DNA of 64,000 nucleotides, from assembly GCA_965208325.1 (NCBI GenBank), contig OZ242326.1:3808001-3872000 (forward strand). The letters run 5' to 3'. Made by a program: the position numbers and the translations under genes. Each line of letters begins with the position of its first letter. Within the stretch, counting starts at the first letter, position 1. Below, piece by piece: positions 1 to 10,700 of the stretch. The notes below the pieces were generated by a model. That model searched no databases. It was not told where the DNA came from and saw nothing but the letters and a program-made list of their open reading frames with translations. Origin of the DNA: Candidatus Poribacteria bacterium (GTDB taxonomy: Bacteria; Poribacteria; WGA-4E; PCPOR2b).

Positions 1-51
1 GAGCGTACTATTATTTCCCTTGTCAAAACAAATGTCCCTGTGCCAGTTTTT

Positions 52-1005
52 TCATTTCCCTTCCGGCTTCATGCCCGACGGCAGTTCTGCCTGTCCGTAC
101 GACTCTCGAATCCTGCGCACTTCGGACACGTTCATCCACGATTCTAGTAAATTATAGAGGTTGCCGTGTTGTTCGGCCACACTACTAATCCGCCCGGTCT
201 GCTTTTCAAGTTCCATGGCTTTGACCATCGCGTTAACGGCAACACCTAGCATGGTCGTCGGTTCAATTTGGAGTTGATAGCCCAATTCGTAAAGTTCATC
301 CACGCTCAATTGCATCATGTCAGACGTATATTGGACGCGATCCGCGTCGATTTCGGTGCCTAGGGTACGGATGGTCATCATTGGTCCATCCACCTGGCTG
401 CGGAAAAAGCGGGCATGTTCAACCGACCAACAGATTGCCATAAGGGCATCCGATCCGGCCTCTTGGTAGGCGTTGGCGCGCCGTAACCAATCCTCGCGCC
501 GCGATTCCTCGTCAGGGTGAACTCTTGCGACATAAGTACCCGGTCGCCCGATTACCATGAATTCAGGGTTGAGTTTTTCACCCGCCATTGCCCGAATCTT
601 GTCTGCGGTCTGATCCATCGGCTCAATCGCCATGACGTGTGGTGGAATAAACGGGCATTTATACGGCAAACCGTAATCGTCAATGTGTACGCCCGCAACG
701 CCGGCGCGCTCAAACTCGTGCATCCAATACACTGAAGCATAAGGTTCACCGAATCCCTGCTCGAAGTCCACGACAATTGGCAAATTAACTGAACGGCGAA
801 TTTTGCGGCACACCTCGACAGTCTCATCAGGCGTAATTACGCCGATGTCCGGTTGGCCATTTACAAAAGCGATTTGCAGTGACTGTACCCCCACAGCGTC
901 AAAGCCCGCCCGTTCAGCAATCTTGGCGGATACCACATCGTGTACCCCCATAATCCAGATTGGACGGTCTTTTTTGAGCAATGGTGTTAAATATGGCGTA
1001 TCCAT
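52..1005 (-). CDS. Isocitrate lyase/PEP mutase superfamily protein
   Basis: GVHDVVSAKIAERAGFDA, PIVVDFEQGFG, AGVAGVHIDD and AYQEAGSD motifs; start moved to ATG 1005 behind an AGAAGGAG RBS. Confidence 0.85.
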   Translation of the reverse strand: MDTPYLTPLLKKDRPIWIMGVHDVVSAKIAERAGFDAVGVQSLQIAFVNGQPDIGVITPDETVEVCRKIRRSVNLPIVVDFEQGFGEPYASVYWMHEFERAGVAGVHIDDYGLPYKCPFIPPHVMAIEPMDQTADKIRAMAGEKLNPEFMVIGRPGTYVARVHPDEESRREDWLRRANAYQEAGSDALMAICWSVEHARFFRSQVDGPMMTIRTLGTEIDADRVQYTSDMMQLSVDELYELGYQLQIEPTTMLGVAVNAMVKAMELEKQTGRISSVAEQHGNLYNLLESWMNVSEVRRIRESYGQAELPSGMKPEGK

Positions 1006-1155
1006 GGTAATTCTCCTTCTGTTTGCGGCAAGCGTTATGGCAAGATTTTCCAACGCTAGATGATTCTGATTATTACCTGCCCGCTTTTTGATAATGCACT
1101 GCGCATTCCACCTGCACAGATATCAATGTACGTCTGTAATTTTATAATCTCCAAA

Positions 1156-2328
1156 TTACGGTTTAATCTGCAATTTCTGTCCGGTTCGATGGGATTCGTA
1201 CGCCGCTTCGACTACAGCCAAGGTAGCGCGGCCGTCGCGCCCTCCGACTAACGGCTGGGTATCGTTCATAATAGATTGAACAAAGTTGTCTATTTGGCGT
1301 CGGAACATATACTGTTCGTTGGTACTAGGAGACAATGGCCCGCCTGGGGCGCGAGTTGGCTCGGGCATTTCCACCTGATACCAACCGCGGTCGCTTTGAT
1401 GCTTGTTCTCCAGCGACCATATCATTACACGGCCATGTTCAGGTGAATCCCACGGCGGCAAATCGAATGTGAGATGTCCCCGTGTGCCATGGATGTAGCC
1501 AAATTCCGACCATTCACCTAAACCAGAGCCAATGTGCAAGATTGGAGATAAGCTGCGCCCTACCGTGCCGGTGTCAAAGACGCCCACGGTGCCGTTTTTG
1601 AACCGCATTAGAACAACGCCGAAATCCTCCCAGACGCCAATCTCCGGATTGCCCAAGTAATCGCGTGTAACATTTTGGATTTCGGCGGATACAGTCTCGA
1701 CTTCAGATCCGGTCCACCAACGCCACAAATCCACATAATGCGGCAAATGGTCAAGAATGATGCCGCCGCCAACCCTTTCATCCTTCCACCGCCAGTCATA
1801 GTTTTCACGATAGCCTTCCGGGATGAGCTCGTCCGGCGCAAGCTTGACCGCTGCACCCCAGTGCACAACGAGGTAAAACACTTCGCCCAGCGTGCCGTTA
1901 TCAATGATTTGCTTAATGCGTTCCAACCCAAAGTTGAAGCGTTTTTCATGCCCGAGCATCAGGCGAATTTCATTGTGCTCAGCCGCCGCGATGATATCAT
2001 CGCACTCCTGCACATTGCGCGCCATCGGCTTCTCTAGCAAGACGTGTTTTTTATGTTCGGCGGCAGCCACCGCCATTTCGTGGTGGTAGGCAGGTGGAGT
2101 ACATATCGACACGGCGTCAACGTCATCTCGCTTCAGTACGTCTTGGTAGCTCGTCGAAACAGCGCGGGCGTTATATCGCTGTCTCGCCTGAATAGCACGC
2201 TCAATGTCTGTATCGCAAACGACGACTAGCTCGGCATTTGGGTGTTCCCAAATCCAAGTTAGGTGTCCCATCCAAGCGGCTACACCGCAGCCGATGACCC
2301 CAAACCTTACCTTGTCTTTCATCTTCAT
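1156..2328 (-). CDS. Gfo/Idh/MocA family oxidoreductase
   Basis: GVIGCG Rossmann motif, HVLLEKPMA, GGGIILDHLPH. Confidence 0.92.
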   Translation of the reverse strand: MKMKDKVRFGVIGCGVAAWMGHLTWIWEHPNAELVVVCDTDIERAIQARQRYNARAVSTSYQDVLKRDDVDAVSICTPPAYHHEMAVAAAEHKKHVLLEKPMARNVQECDDIIAAAEHNEIRLMLGHEKRFNFGLERIKQIIDNGTLGEVFYLVVHWGAAVKLAPDELIPEGYRENYDWRWKDERVGGGIILDHLPHYVDLWRWWTGSEVETVSAEIQNVTRDYLGNPEIGVWEDFGVVLMRFKNGTVGVFDTGTVGRSLSPILHIGSGLGEWSEFGYIHGTRGHLTFDLPPWDSPEHGRVMIWSLENKHQSDRGWYQVEMPEPTRAPGGPLSPSTNEQYMFRRQIDNFVQSIMNDTQPLVGGRDGRATLAVVEAAYESHRTGQKLQIKP

Positions 2329-2572
2329 GAGTTTAAGTAGCTACAAGTTAGTTTCCGAGTCCATCGTTCCAAACGAAAACTCCCTGTATTAATACACTCG
2401 TACCGGCATCAACCACGCGATGCTCGAAATTAAAACACGCCAGTAGACAATCGTAGTCGTCCCTTTAGTCGCGCTTAGTTGAAATGCGGATCGGCAATAG
2501 TTCTATAGTTGGAATGTTGGGCAGACGTGGGATTTAACGTACAGCGTCAATACTAGAATGATATCAATATGG

Positions 2573-2600
2573 TTGACAATACGCAGAAAACAATTATAAT
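2573..2600 (+). promoter_or_regulatory. Sigma70-type promoter upstream of the DMT transporter
   Basis: TTGACA-16 bp-TATAAT. Confidence 0.7.
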
Positions 2601-2842
2601 TATGCGGCATATTATAATGTAGATAAGAAATATTCTCAAGCATAAAAGGGCTTCCGTCCGTTACTAAATCGAGCTATTACGCCGCCAGGCATTGAGTCCG
2701 CCCGCAACACAAAAAACTCAAGGCAAACACGCTAGGCAATGTTTTTAGCCAAACCCGGAGAAACATTTATGTACATTTTCCCTTTAACAACATGTGATCG
2801 AAAGACAGCGTATCGAAGATTGCAGTTTTTTGGTAACCACCC

Positions 2843-3760
2843 ATGAATGTTCATGAATCCACCGGCCGTTGGCGTCTTGGGCTTGCGCTATCATTTGTCA
2901 CGGCGTGTTTCTGGGGTTTGGCGCCCATCGCACTAAAGCGGCTGCTGGACAGCATGGATGTATACACGATTACCTGGTATCGTTTCCTTTTCGCTGGCGG
3001 AGTATTATTGATTCCGGTTGTTCGCAGATATGAACTCCTTTCTGTGTTGAAACTTCAAGGAACACGTAGATTACTGCTGTTCGTTACGATTCTGAGTTTA
3101 TGCTCAAACCACATTCTGTATCTCCTCGGTCTGGATTACGTCTCTCCTAGTACGGTACAGGTTGTTTTCCAATTGGCACCTATATTCATGCTGTTAGGTA
3201 GTCTAGTTTTCTTTAATGAGCGTCTTGTCCGCTTGCAATGGATCGGATTTGCAGTATTGGTCGTAGGTTTACTGCTGTTCTTCAATCGTCGGCTTAATGA
3301 GCTAATGTTTGGATTCACTGATCTTACGGGCGGCGTCATTTTAATCCTCGCTGCCGTGTTAACGTGGACGATGTACGCACTTGCGCAAAAACAACTGCTT
3401 AAAACGCTCCCTTCAGCAACAATTGCACTTCTTATTTATCTCACTGCCATCCTGATTTTTCTGCCGATTGCACGCCCTGCTCAACTGTTCAACCTGAATC
3501 GCACCGAGGGATTGCTGCTTGCATTTTGTGCGTTCAGTACATTAATTTCATGGTGCAGCTTTGCCGAAGCACTAAACCATCTTGAAGCGTCGAGAGTTAG
3601 CATGATTTTGGCCTTGATTCCGCTAATTACTGTTACCGCCATGGCGTTCGGCGGCAGCCTGTTTCCAGACGTCATACAACATGAACAACTCAATTTCTTG
3701 AGTATTTTAGGCACAATCTTAGTCGTTGTTGGCTCTATGGTCGTTGCCTTGCGGCAATAA
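2843..3760 (+). CDS. DMT/EamA family transporter
   Basis: About 10 hydrophobic segments in two EamA-like halves. Confidence 0.9.
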   Translation: MNVHESTGRWRLGLALSFVTACFWGLAPIALKRLLDSMDVYTITWYRFLFAGGVLLIPVVRRYELLSVLKLQGTRRLLLFVTILSLCSNHILYLLGLDYVSPSTVQVVFQLAPIFMLLGSLVFFNERLVRLQWIGFAVLVVGLLLFFNRRLNELMFGFTDLTGGVILILAAVLTWTMYALAQKQLLKTLPSATIALLIYLTAILIFLPIARPAQLFNLNRTEGLLLAFCAFSTLISWCSFAEALNHLEASRVSMILALIPLITVTAMAFGGSLFPDVIQHEQLNFLSILGTILVVVGSMVVALRQ

Positions 3761-4143
3761 ACCTAATTTTCCCCTGAAGGCGATAATTTATTCTCGAACA
3801 TGAATGTCCGATTTATGATTTACTTGACTAACCGTTGAGGTGGACTCGCTAGAAGCTAGTTTGAGGTTTTAGTTATCGGGTAAGACGGAATTTCTACCAG
3901 AAAGGTGGTATTGCTGTGATTTACTGTTTAGTCACCCACTGGAATTCAACGCCGCGATTTAACTTGGGATTTGGAATGTTCAATTTTTCGCAACTTGTAC
4001 ATCGGATATTGCGTTCATGGAATACCAAATGTTTACAATAACGCTTTGTGTCGTACCTGTGCAGCCATGATTTAAGCCAACCCTTGACTCAGTAATCCAA
4101 CTCAAAAATCATAGTCACTGTTCAAGATCGATGTCGACGGAGG

Positions 4144-4917
4144 GTGTCCATGTTCATGAAGATACCTAAATTTGACGGTCTCGTTTCAGTCTTTCGAATC
4201 AGTCTGAGTTGCGTGATATTACTCATATTGCTGAAATTTGTTGGATTGAGCCCAAGAACCGCCGATGTTGCCAAGACTACGCCAATAAACGGGCCTGATC
4301 GCGATGATATTTTGAGATTTATCCTGAAGCATGAAGCCGGGCTGAATATCCATGAACCCGCACATGTTGGAGGGGTGTCTTACGCGGGCATTACGGCTGT
4401 CGCATGGTCAGAATGGCGGAATAAACAAGGCGATAAAGCGAACCTCCCCGCAAATGTAATCCGCTTAGGGGGCGCAAACACGAGTCAAGATGCGTTGACT
4501 TCGCCCGATGCAAATATTGTGGTGATAAAAAGGTTCTACCACGATTATTTTGAACGATATCGTTGCTGGGATGTTCATCCGTGCTTGCAAGCTGGATATG
4601 CGGACTTTGCTACGCTTGCAGGTAAAAATGCGACACGGGTTATTCAGAAACTGGCAAATGTGGAACCGGACGGAATCTGGAAAACACATACCACCTTGGC
4701 AGTCAAGAAATTCAACGATAACATTGACGTGGCATTGAAAGAGGATCCAGATTATGCGTGGAGGGTTTTTCTAAAGTTTGATGACCGTAAGCGCAAATTC
4801 CTAAAAACTCTTGCAAAACAGGAGTCATTTTATGCGAGCGCCCTCACCGGTTGGCTTAAAAGATCCAACAACCTCAAAGCGCTTATGAAACCGTACCTAT
4901 TAAATAATGAAGATTGA
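4144..4917 (+). CDS. GH108-like (lysozyme-like) protein with peptidoglycan-binding C-terminus
   Basis: ILKHEAGL...GGVSYAGIT resembles GH108 EGGY...GGxTxxGIT; PDGIWKTHT and GWLKR motifs; N-terminal hydrophobic segment. Confidence 0.6.
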   Translation: MSMFMKIPKFDGLVSVFRISLSCVILLILLKFVGLSPRTADVAKTTPINGPDRDDILRFILKHEAGLNIHEPAHVGGVSYAGITAVAWSEWRNKQGDKANLPANVIRLGGANTSQDALTSPDANIVVIKRFYHDYFERYRCWDVHPCLQAGYADFATLAGKNATRVIQKLANVEPDGIWKTHTTLAVKKFNDNIDVALKEDPDYAWRVFLKFDDRKRKFLKTLAKQESFYASALTGWLKRSNNLKALMKPYLLNNED

Positions 4918-5091
4918 AGCACGCATGGATAGAAAAAGCGCTTCTCATCTTTCTACATCAAAAATTGCGCGAAAATAATAGATATTTGAGTACATAGTTT
5001 TGCGTTTTAGTCAAGTAAACCCCAATCGAATTGCCGCGATTGAGAAACTGATACAACCATTGAAAATTACAAAATTCGCATAAGCGGAATA

Positions 5092-7413
5092 TCAAATTCC
5101 AACATCCATTTTACCCTTCGCCCAGTCACAGCGTTCAATCCATTCCCTTGCGTTGTAAATAATGCCAAGCGGCACGTTGTCCTTCGCCGCAATCCGCTGA
5201 AATTGTTCGATTGCTAAATCGTAGTGTCCGAGGCGGTACGAGTTTACACCAATCAACCGCACATTTTCGATTTCTAAACTCTGGTGTGGCAGTCCTAAAG
5301 TGATTGCTTTGAAACAGTAGCGGTTTGAGGCAACGTACTTTTGGGCTAGTTCGAGTTGTCTTCCCATCAGATAGTGTGGCAGCCCCCACGCCGGCAGTTC
5401 GTTAATAACTTCGTGAAGTAGTGCCTCCTTGAGTTGGGGCGATGACTGCGAGATTAGAACCTGCCTCAGTTTGTCCTTGACCCCAACAAAATCCAACGCT
5501 AGTATAGCCAGCTTGGTTTGAACATCCCGAATGCGGGCATCCGAAGCGTGAAGCGCAAACACTTGTTGGTAATGTGAAATAGCTTGATTACGCCTTCCTT
5601 GCTGCCAGCGAACATTCCCCTCGACATTTTTCGCTTCTGCAATCTGCTTGACACTCGCGTCGGGATGTGTACTGATCTTCGTTGTTAATTCCAACGTCGC
5701 ACGGTAATCGCCCGTATGATAGTGTGTATTCATCAACGCCAGCAGATTTGACAGGTCATCGGAATCTAATTTAAAAATTTCCTTGAACAACGGTAATGCA
5801 GCGGCAAAATTGGATTCACGGTACGCTGTCTGTGCGCGTATAGATAATTCGGCAATCTTGTGCGCACACACTTTTTGGAAAATGCTCGGAAAATTGAATT
5901 GTCCCTTCGCAACCGCAAAATCGTTTTCAGTTAAAGGGACACTCTCTAGAAAGCCTTTCCATTCTTCAACTAGATTGTCCAAAGTTTTTCCGTAGGTTTG
6001 CTCAAAATTGCCTGTTGGAAAGACGTCCTTGAATTTTCCCATCCCGTAAGTATCGGTAAGAAAACGAACGAAAGAACCAGCCAAGGTATAGCTTTTTGAT
6101 GATGCTTCTTTCCAGAACCCCAGTCCCATTATGTGTTTTATCTCTGGGGCATTCTTTAACTGGTGCATGGCTTTGCTGCGTTGGTGCGGCGAAAGCCGCT
6201 CAGTATTCCAAGCTGCAGCGACAGCGATTCCCTCATGCAAGCCCGGCTTGAGGCTAACTTTTAGCAGCGGATGCCAATCTGCGGTAAAAGCATGGGCCAA
6301 TTCATGTTTCATTACTGGATGAGGGAATTCCTCATAGTTTATATGGAAACCGCCTCCATATGGGTCTTCAATTGATGTCTCCCGTGCGCCAATGAGTTGT
6401 TTTTTCTGGTCAGGCGACGTGTAGATATAAGATCGGATTTTTTTTGAGGGTTGAATCTGGAAGTATGCCGACAGTTGCGCATGGCGAAACTCATGATCGT
6501 GAGCAATCCACTCAATGTCCTTTTCAACTCTAGTACCTTTTTCGTAATACAGCTTGAAGTGTTCAGTCTCCTTCATACCACCCAGCCTTTTTTCGATGTA
6601 ACTCCGTGTTGGACGAAGACCGAGTTCACTGTGGTGTAGATAGATTGACACAAATGCCGCAATCATCGCGGCTAGACAAAAGCGGCTCATCAGGCTGCTA
6701 AACCTAATCTCGAAACGATAGAGATTTCGGAGGCGCAGCCTCACCGGAGATTCAAGGCCTTCTTTGACTGATAACATGCCCACTGCCAATAGCAAATAGA
6801 TTCCAGTCAACAGAAGCGCTGTGCCGCGGGCTAAAATGAGCGTTCCGGAAATTGGAATGTATTCATCGTAGATTGGTCCCGGGAAATAACCGAAAGTCGA
6901 ATGATAACCAAAGACAGGGGGATGAAAAACAAGATTGTGAAGCAGTGGCAGGAGGGTAGCGAAGACATATACGTGATATATGAGATAGGCGGTCCAACGC
7001 TTCTTAAACCACAATCCGAAAAACACGCCTGCGCCGGTCGAATACGCGCAACTAATAACAGGCAGGAGAAAAAAGAAAATACCACCGTCTAAAAAATCGC
7101 AGTTTTTGATATGGAGTGCATTCACCAAGACAATAGCTAACGGAGGGATTAGCATCAATACATTGGCGCAGAACGATTTCCCGAATAGCCTAACTACAAC
7201 TCGGAAGGAAGTTGCCTTGAGATTTGTGGATTCATTTCGGAGTTGCTTCACGCATGTTGCGGCGATGTGTGCCCCCGCAAGCGAGATGGCTATTGCGAGG
7301 ATGGCGCAAAACTCGAAAGCCAACACATTCAGCAGCGGTATTCGCGTTAAAACTAACCCTAACATAACGAATAACGCAAACCAGATCCAATAAGTAATGG
7401 ATTTGAAAATCAT
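5092..7413 (-). CDS. Polytopic membrane protein with gluzincin-like metallopeptidase motif and TPR C-terminus
   Basis: Multiple N-terminal TM helices; HELAH then EGIA; TPR-like helical repeats. Confidence 0.65.
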   Translation of the reverse strand: MIFKSITYWIWFALFVMLGLVLTRIPLLNVLAFEFCAILAIAISLAGAHIAATCVKQLRNESTNLKATSFRVVVRLFGKSFCANVLMLIPPLAIVLVNALHIKNCDFLDGGIFFFLLPVISCAYSTGAGVFFGLWFKKRWTAYLIYHVYVFATLLPLLHNLVFHPPVFGYHSTFGYFPGPIYDEYIPISGTLILARGTALLLTGIYLLLAVGMLSVKEGLESPVRLRLRNLYRFEIRFSSLMSRFCLAAMIAAFVSIYLHHSELGLRPTRSYIEKRLGGMKETEHFKLYYEKGTRVEKDIEWIAHDHEFRHAQLSAYFQIQPSKKIRSYIYTSPDQKKQLIGARETSIEDPYGGGFHINYEEFPHPVMKHELAHAFTADWHPLLKVSLKPGLHEGIAVAAAWNTERLSPHQRSKAMHQLKNAPEIKHIMGLGFWKEASSKSYTLAGSFVRFLTDTYGMGKFKDVFPTGNFEQTYGKTLDNLVEEWKGFLESVPLTENDFAVAKGQFNFPSIFQKVCAHKIAELSIRAQTAYRESNFAAALPLFKEIFKLDSDDLSNLLALMNTHYHTGDYRATLELTTKISTHPDASVKQIAEAKNVEGNVRWQQGRRNQAISHYQQVFALHASDARIRDVQTKLAILALDFVGVKDKLRQVLISQSSPQLKEALLHEVINELPAWGLPHYLMGRQLELAQKYVASNRYCFKAITLGLPHQSLEIENVRLIGVNSYRLGHYDLAIEQFQRIAAKDNVPLGIIYNAREWIERCDWAKGKMDVGI

Positions 7414-7560
7414 AGATGGGTGCCAATGTATCGACAGCTACGATTTCGTTATGGCCGATTCAAATCATGGTTAAAATTCACCTAGTAGTGTACTCCACTC
7501 CAAAATTTTATTATACTCCAATCAGACATAAAAATCTAGTAGAATTGACCTCTAGAATAA

Positions 7561-7589
7561 TTGACTCAGAGGAATGAGGGTGGTATAAT
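7561..7589 (+). promoter_or_regulatory. Sigma70 promoter of trpB
   Basis: TTGACT-17 bp-TATAAT with TGn extension. Confidence 0.75.
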
Positions 7590-7730
7590 ACCGCTTAGGG
7601 TCAGTAAGGAAAAATGGCGGTAACAGATTTAGCATTGATCGGTATCATCCGGGAAAGTCCTTTTGTCTGATGGTCGTGAAGGCTTGCTTATAGGCTTCTA
7701 AAGGGAATTGAACATTAAGGAGAAATTACA

Positions 7731-8918
7731 TTGGTTCGAAACTTACCTGATGTCGCGGGGCATTTTGGTGAATTTGGCGGCAGATTTGTCCCGGAAACAT
7801 TGATGTCAGCATTGTTGGAACTTGAAGACGCCTACGCAAATTTAAAAGAAAATGAGGATTTTCAGAAGGAGTTTGAATATCATCTCCGTGAATATGTCGG
7901 CCGGCCAAACCCTCTCTATTACGCTGAGCGTTTGACGGAAGAACTAGGCGGCGCCAAAATCTATCTTAAGCGTGAAGATCTCAATCACACCGGTGCACAC
8001 AAAATCAACAACACCGTTGGGCAAATTTTGCTTGCGCGGCGGATGGGCAAGAAACGGATTATCGCTGAGACGGGGGCTGGACAACATGGCGTTGCAACGG
8101 CGACAGTTACAGCCAAGTTCAAGATTGAATGCGAAATTTTTATGGGCGAAGAGGACATCGAACGGCAAGCCCTGAATGTTTTTCGCATGCAGCTTTTGGG
8201 GGCAACCGTTACACCTGTTTCTTCCGGTTCGCGCACCCTCAAAGATGCCATCAACGCCGCGTTCAGAGATTGGGTGACCAATGTCAGAACAACCCATCTT
8301 CTGATAGGTTCCGTAGTGGGTGCGCATCCATACCCCATGATTGTTCGAGATTTTCAGTCTGTGATTGGCAATGAAACCAGATCCCAAATTCTTGAGAAAG
8401 AGGGGCGGCTGCCAGATTGTATAGTCGCTTGTGTCGGCGGCGGGAGTAACTCAATTGGCATGTTTCATCCGTTTTACGCAGATTCCTCCGTAAACCTAGT
8501 CGGTGTTGAAGCCGCAGGTGAAAGCATCCTCAGCGGAAAGCACGCCGCTCCGCTCTGCGCGGGCAGCATAGGCGTGTTTCATGGCGCCAAATGCTATCTG
8601 TTACAGGAAGACGACGGTCAAATTACGCCCGCACACTCAATTTCAGCTGGACTAGATTATCCGGGTGTTGGTCCCGAACATAGCTACTACCGAGCTACCG
8701 GACGCGCCCAATATGTCTCCATTTCGGATGAGGAGGCAGTGGAAGGCTTTAAACTGCTATCGGAATCGGAAGGCATCATTCCCGCGCTTGAAGCCGCCCA
8801 CGCCATCGCTTACTTGCGCAAACTTGCGCCAACAATGGATCGAGATGAAATTATCGTTTTGTGCCTTTCAGGACGTGGTGATAAAGATGTATACACCGTT
8901 AATTCTAACCCATTGTAG
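7731..8918 (+). CDS. trpB: Tryptophan synthase beta chain
   Basis: [42 protein letters not shown]. Confidence 0.98.
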   Translation: MVRNLPDVAGHFGEFGGRFVPETLMSALLELEDAYANLKENEDFQKEFEYHLREYVGRPNPLYYAERLTEELGGAKIYLKREDLNHTGAHKINNTVGQILLARRMGKKRIIAETGAGQHGVATATVTAKFKIECEIFMGEEDIERQALNVFRMQLLGATVTPVSSGSRTLKDAINAAFRDWVTNVRTTHLLIGSVVGAHPYPMIVRDFQSVIGNETRSQILEKEGRLPDCIVACVGGGSNSIGMFHPFYADSSVNLVGVEAAGESILSGKHAAPLCAGSIGVFHGAKCYLLQEDDGQITPAHSISAGLDYPGVGPEHSYYRATGRAQYVSISDEEAVEGFKLLSESEGIIPALEAAHAIAYLRKLAPTMDRDEIIVLCLSGRGDKDVYTVNSNPL

Positions 8919-9200
8919 GCGTGGCATCTTGCGCTTTCTGCCCAAAGTAGCTTACTATCACCCACAAGTCTCAGGAGGCAGACGCCGTCTGTGTTGGGGC
9001 TAGCAACCATTGATCATTTCGGTATGGTGTAAACTGTGGGAGGGACATCCCTGACCCGATAATCAGGGCTAGGAAGCCCTTCCCACAGGTGCTTCACAGC
9101 ATGGTTACCTCAACAATGAGGTGAGAACATCCGTACCCCATCCGGCTTTGCGGACTTGTTGGTAATATTAAACCATTGTAGGCGTGGCATCTTGCCCCGC
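8912..9200. repeat. REP-like palindrome cluster between trpB and trpA
   Basis: Two CATTGTAGGCGTGGCATCTTGC copies (about 8912 and 9174) plus an inverted GTGGGAGGG...CCCTTCCCAC pair; related to repeats at 46419, 49928 and 51354; the trpB stop lies in the first GTAG. Confidence 0.75.
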
Positions 9201-9277
9201 ATTCGCTATGAAACGTCAATAAAAAAATTACGTCGTTCAACTGTGTACGTCTTATCAAGTTAAAGGAAAATCAAATT

Positions 9278-10084
9278 TTGAATCGAATTAAGGCGAAGTT
9301 TGAGGAATTACGCCAGCTTGGCAAAAGTGCCTTCATGCCTTTTATTTGTGCCGGGGATCCAACACCTGAATTAAGTCGTAAGCTCTTCAAAGCACTTGAA
9401 GAAGCAGGAGCCGATCTCATCGAGTTTGGCGTGCCGTTTTCTGACCCAATCGCCGACGGACCGACAATTCAGAAGGCGAGCGAACGTGCTTTAGCCCACC
9501 GTATTTCGCTGCGGCAAATCCTCGATCTCGTACGTGAACTCCGTGCGGAATCACAAATTCCAATCGCGCTTATGACTTATTACAACCCAATCTTTCGCAT
9601 GGGAGAAAGTAAATTTTGTGCTGCAGCAGCGGAGGCCGGGATAGATGGAGTCATAATTCCGGATCTTCCGCTGGAAGAGGCGGAATCCCTATTGGAATTG
9701 GCGCCAAAACACAATCTCGCCACAATTCTCCTTGTGACACCGACTAGTCCGCCGGAACGAATTCGCCGCATTGCGTCGGTGAGCACAGGCTTCATCTACT
9801 GTGTCTCAGTGACCGGTGTAACCGGTGCACGGGAGGCACTCTCAGAGGAAATTCGACCCGTTTTGACGAAACTGCGAAAACACACCGACAAACCCGTTTG
9901 CGTCGGATTTGGCATTTCGACGAATGAACAAGCGCATACAGTTGCGCAGATGGCGGATGGTGTTATCGTTGCTAGCGCTATCATTAACGTCATTGAGAGC
10001 CATCTGGGCCATGAGGCGAATATCGTGTCCAACGCGCGGAAATTTGCGGAAGAATTAGCAAAAGGGGTGAAAGGAGAAATTTGA
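9278..10084 (+). CDS. trpA: Tryptophan synthase alpha chain
   Basis: EFGVPFSDPIADGPTIQ, GFIYCVSVTGVTG, VGFGIS. Confidence 0.98.
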   Translation: MNRIKAKFEELRQLGKSAFMPFICAGDPTPELSRKLFKALEEAGADLIEFGVPFSDPIADGPTIQKASERALAHRISLRQILDLVRELRAESQIPIALMTYYNPIFRMGESKFCAAAAEAGIDGVIIPDLPLEEAESLLELAPKHNLATILLVTPTSPPERIRRIASVSTGFIYCVSVTGVTGAREALSEEIRPVLTKLRKHTDKPVCVGFGISTNEQAHTVAQMADGVIVASAIINVIESHLGHEANIVSNARKFAEELAKGVKGEI

Positions 10085-10201
10085 AGCAAAAAATGGTTTT
10101 TCCAGACATATTGATGAGAGACGGTTTTTAAACCCTTTAAAATCTAAAGGTTGTGCGCAAAAACATGGCTCAACGCGCCAAAATCAAGAGGAAATTATAC
10201 A

Positions 10202-10663
10202 ATGAAAATCGAAAAACGCCTTGAAGAACTTGGCATTACATTGCCTCCGCCTGCAACGCCCGTGGCAAATTACATCATGGCTACGCAGACGGGAAACATA
10301 ATGTTTACCTCAGGGCACGGTCCCGGCGAAGGTGAAGGCAAAATTTATAAAGGTCAACTTGGAACCGACTTGACGGTTGAGTTTGGATATCAATCTGCAA
10401 GGCAAGTCGGGCTAGGCATCATCAGCACACTCAAACACACGCTCGGAGATCTGGATCGGGTTAAACAAATTTTGAAAGTCCTAGGATTTGTCAATTCAGC
10501 AAGCACGTTTACCGATCAGCCCGCGGTCATCAACGGCGCATCAGATCTGTTCGTAGAGGTATTTGCCGATAAGGGAAAACATGCCCGTTCAGCGGTCGGA
10601 ATGGTACAGTTGCCTGGCGGCATCCCCGTTGAAATCGAGATGGTTGTGGAGATTGAAGGATAG
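10202..10663 (+). CDS. RidA/YjgF superfamily protein
   Basis: IEKRLEELGITLP, PVANY, NGASDLF, HARSAVG; start at ATG 10202 after GAGG. Confidence 0.9.
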   Translation: MKIEKRLEELGITLPPPATPVANYIMATQTGNIMFTSGHGPGEGEGKIYKGQLGTDLTVEFGYQSARQVGLGIISTLKHTLGDLDRVKQILKVLGFVNSASTFTDQPAVINGASDLFVEVFADKGKHARSAVGMVQLPGGIPVEIEMVVEIEG

Positions 10664-10700
10664 GAATTCATTGGACGCGTATCCGTGGCCGCTGCGATTT

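Noticed and set aside
7590..7730. trp attenuator or T-box leader
   Set aside because: No Trp-codon leader peptide, T-box motif or terminator recognised.
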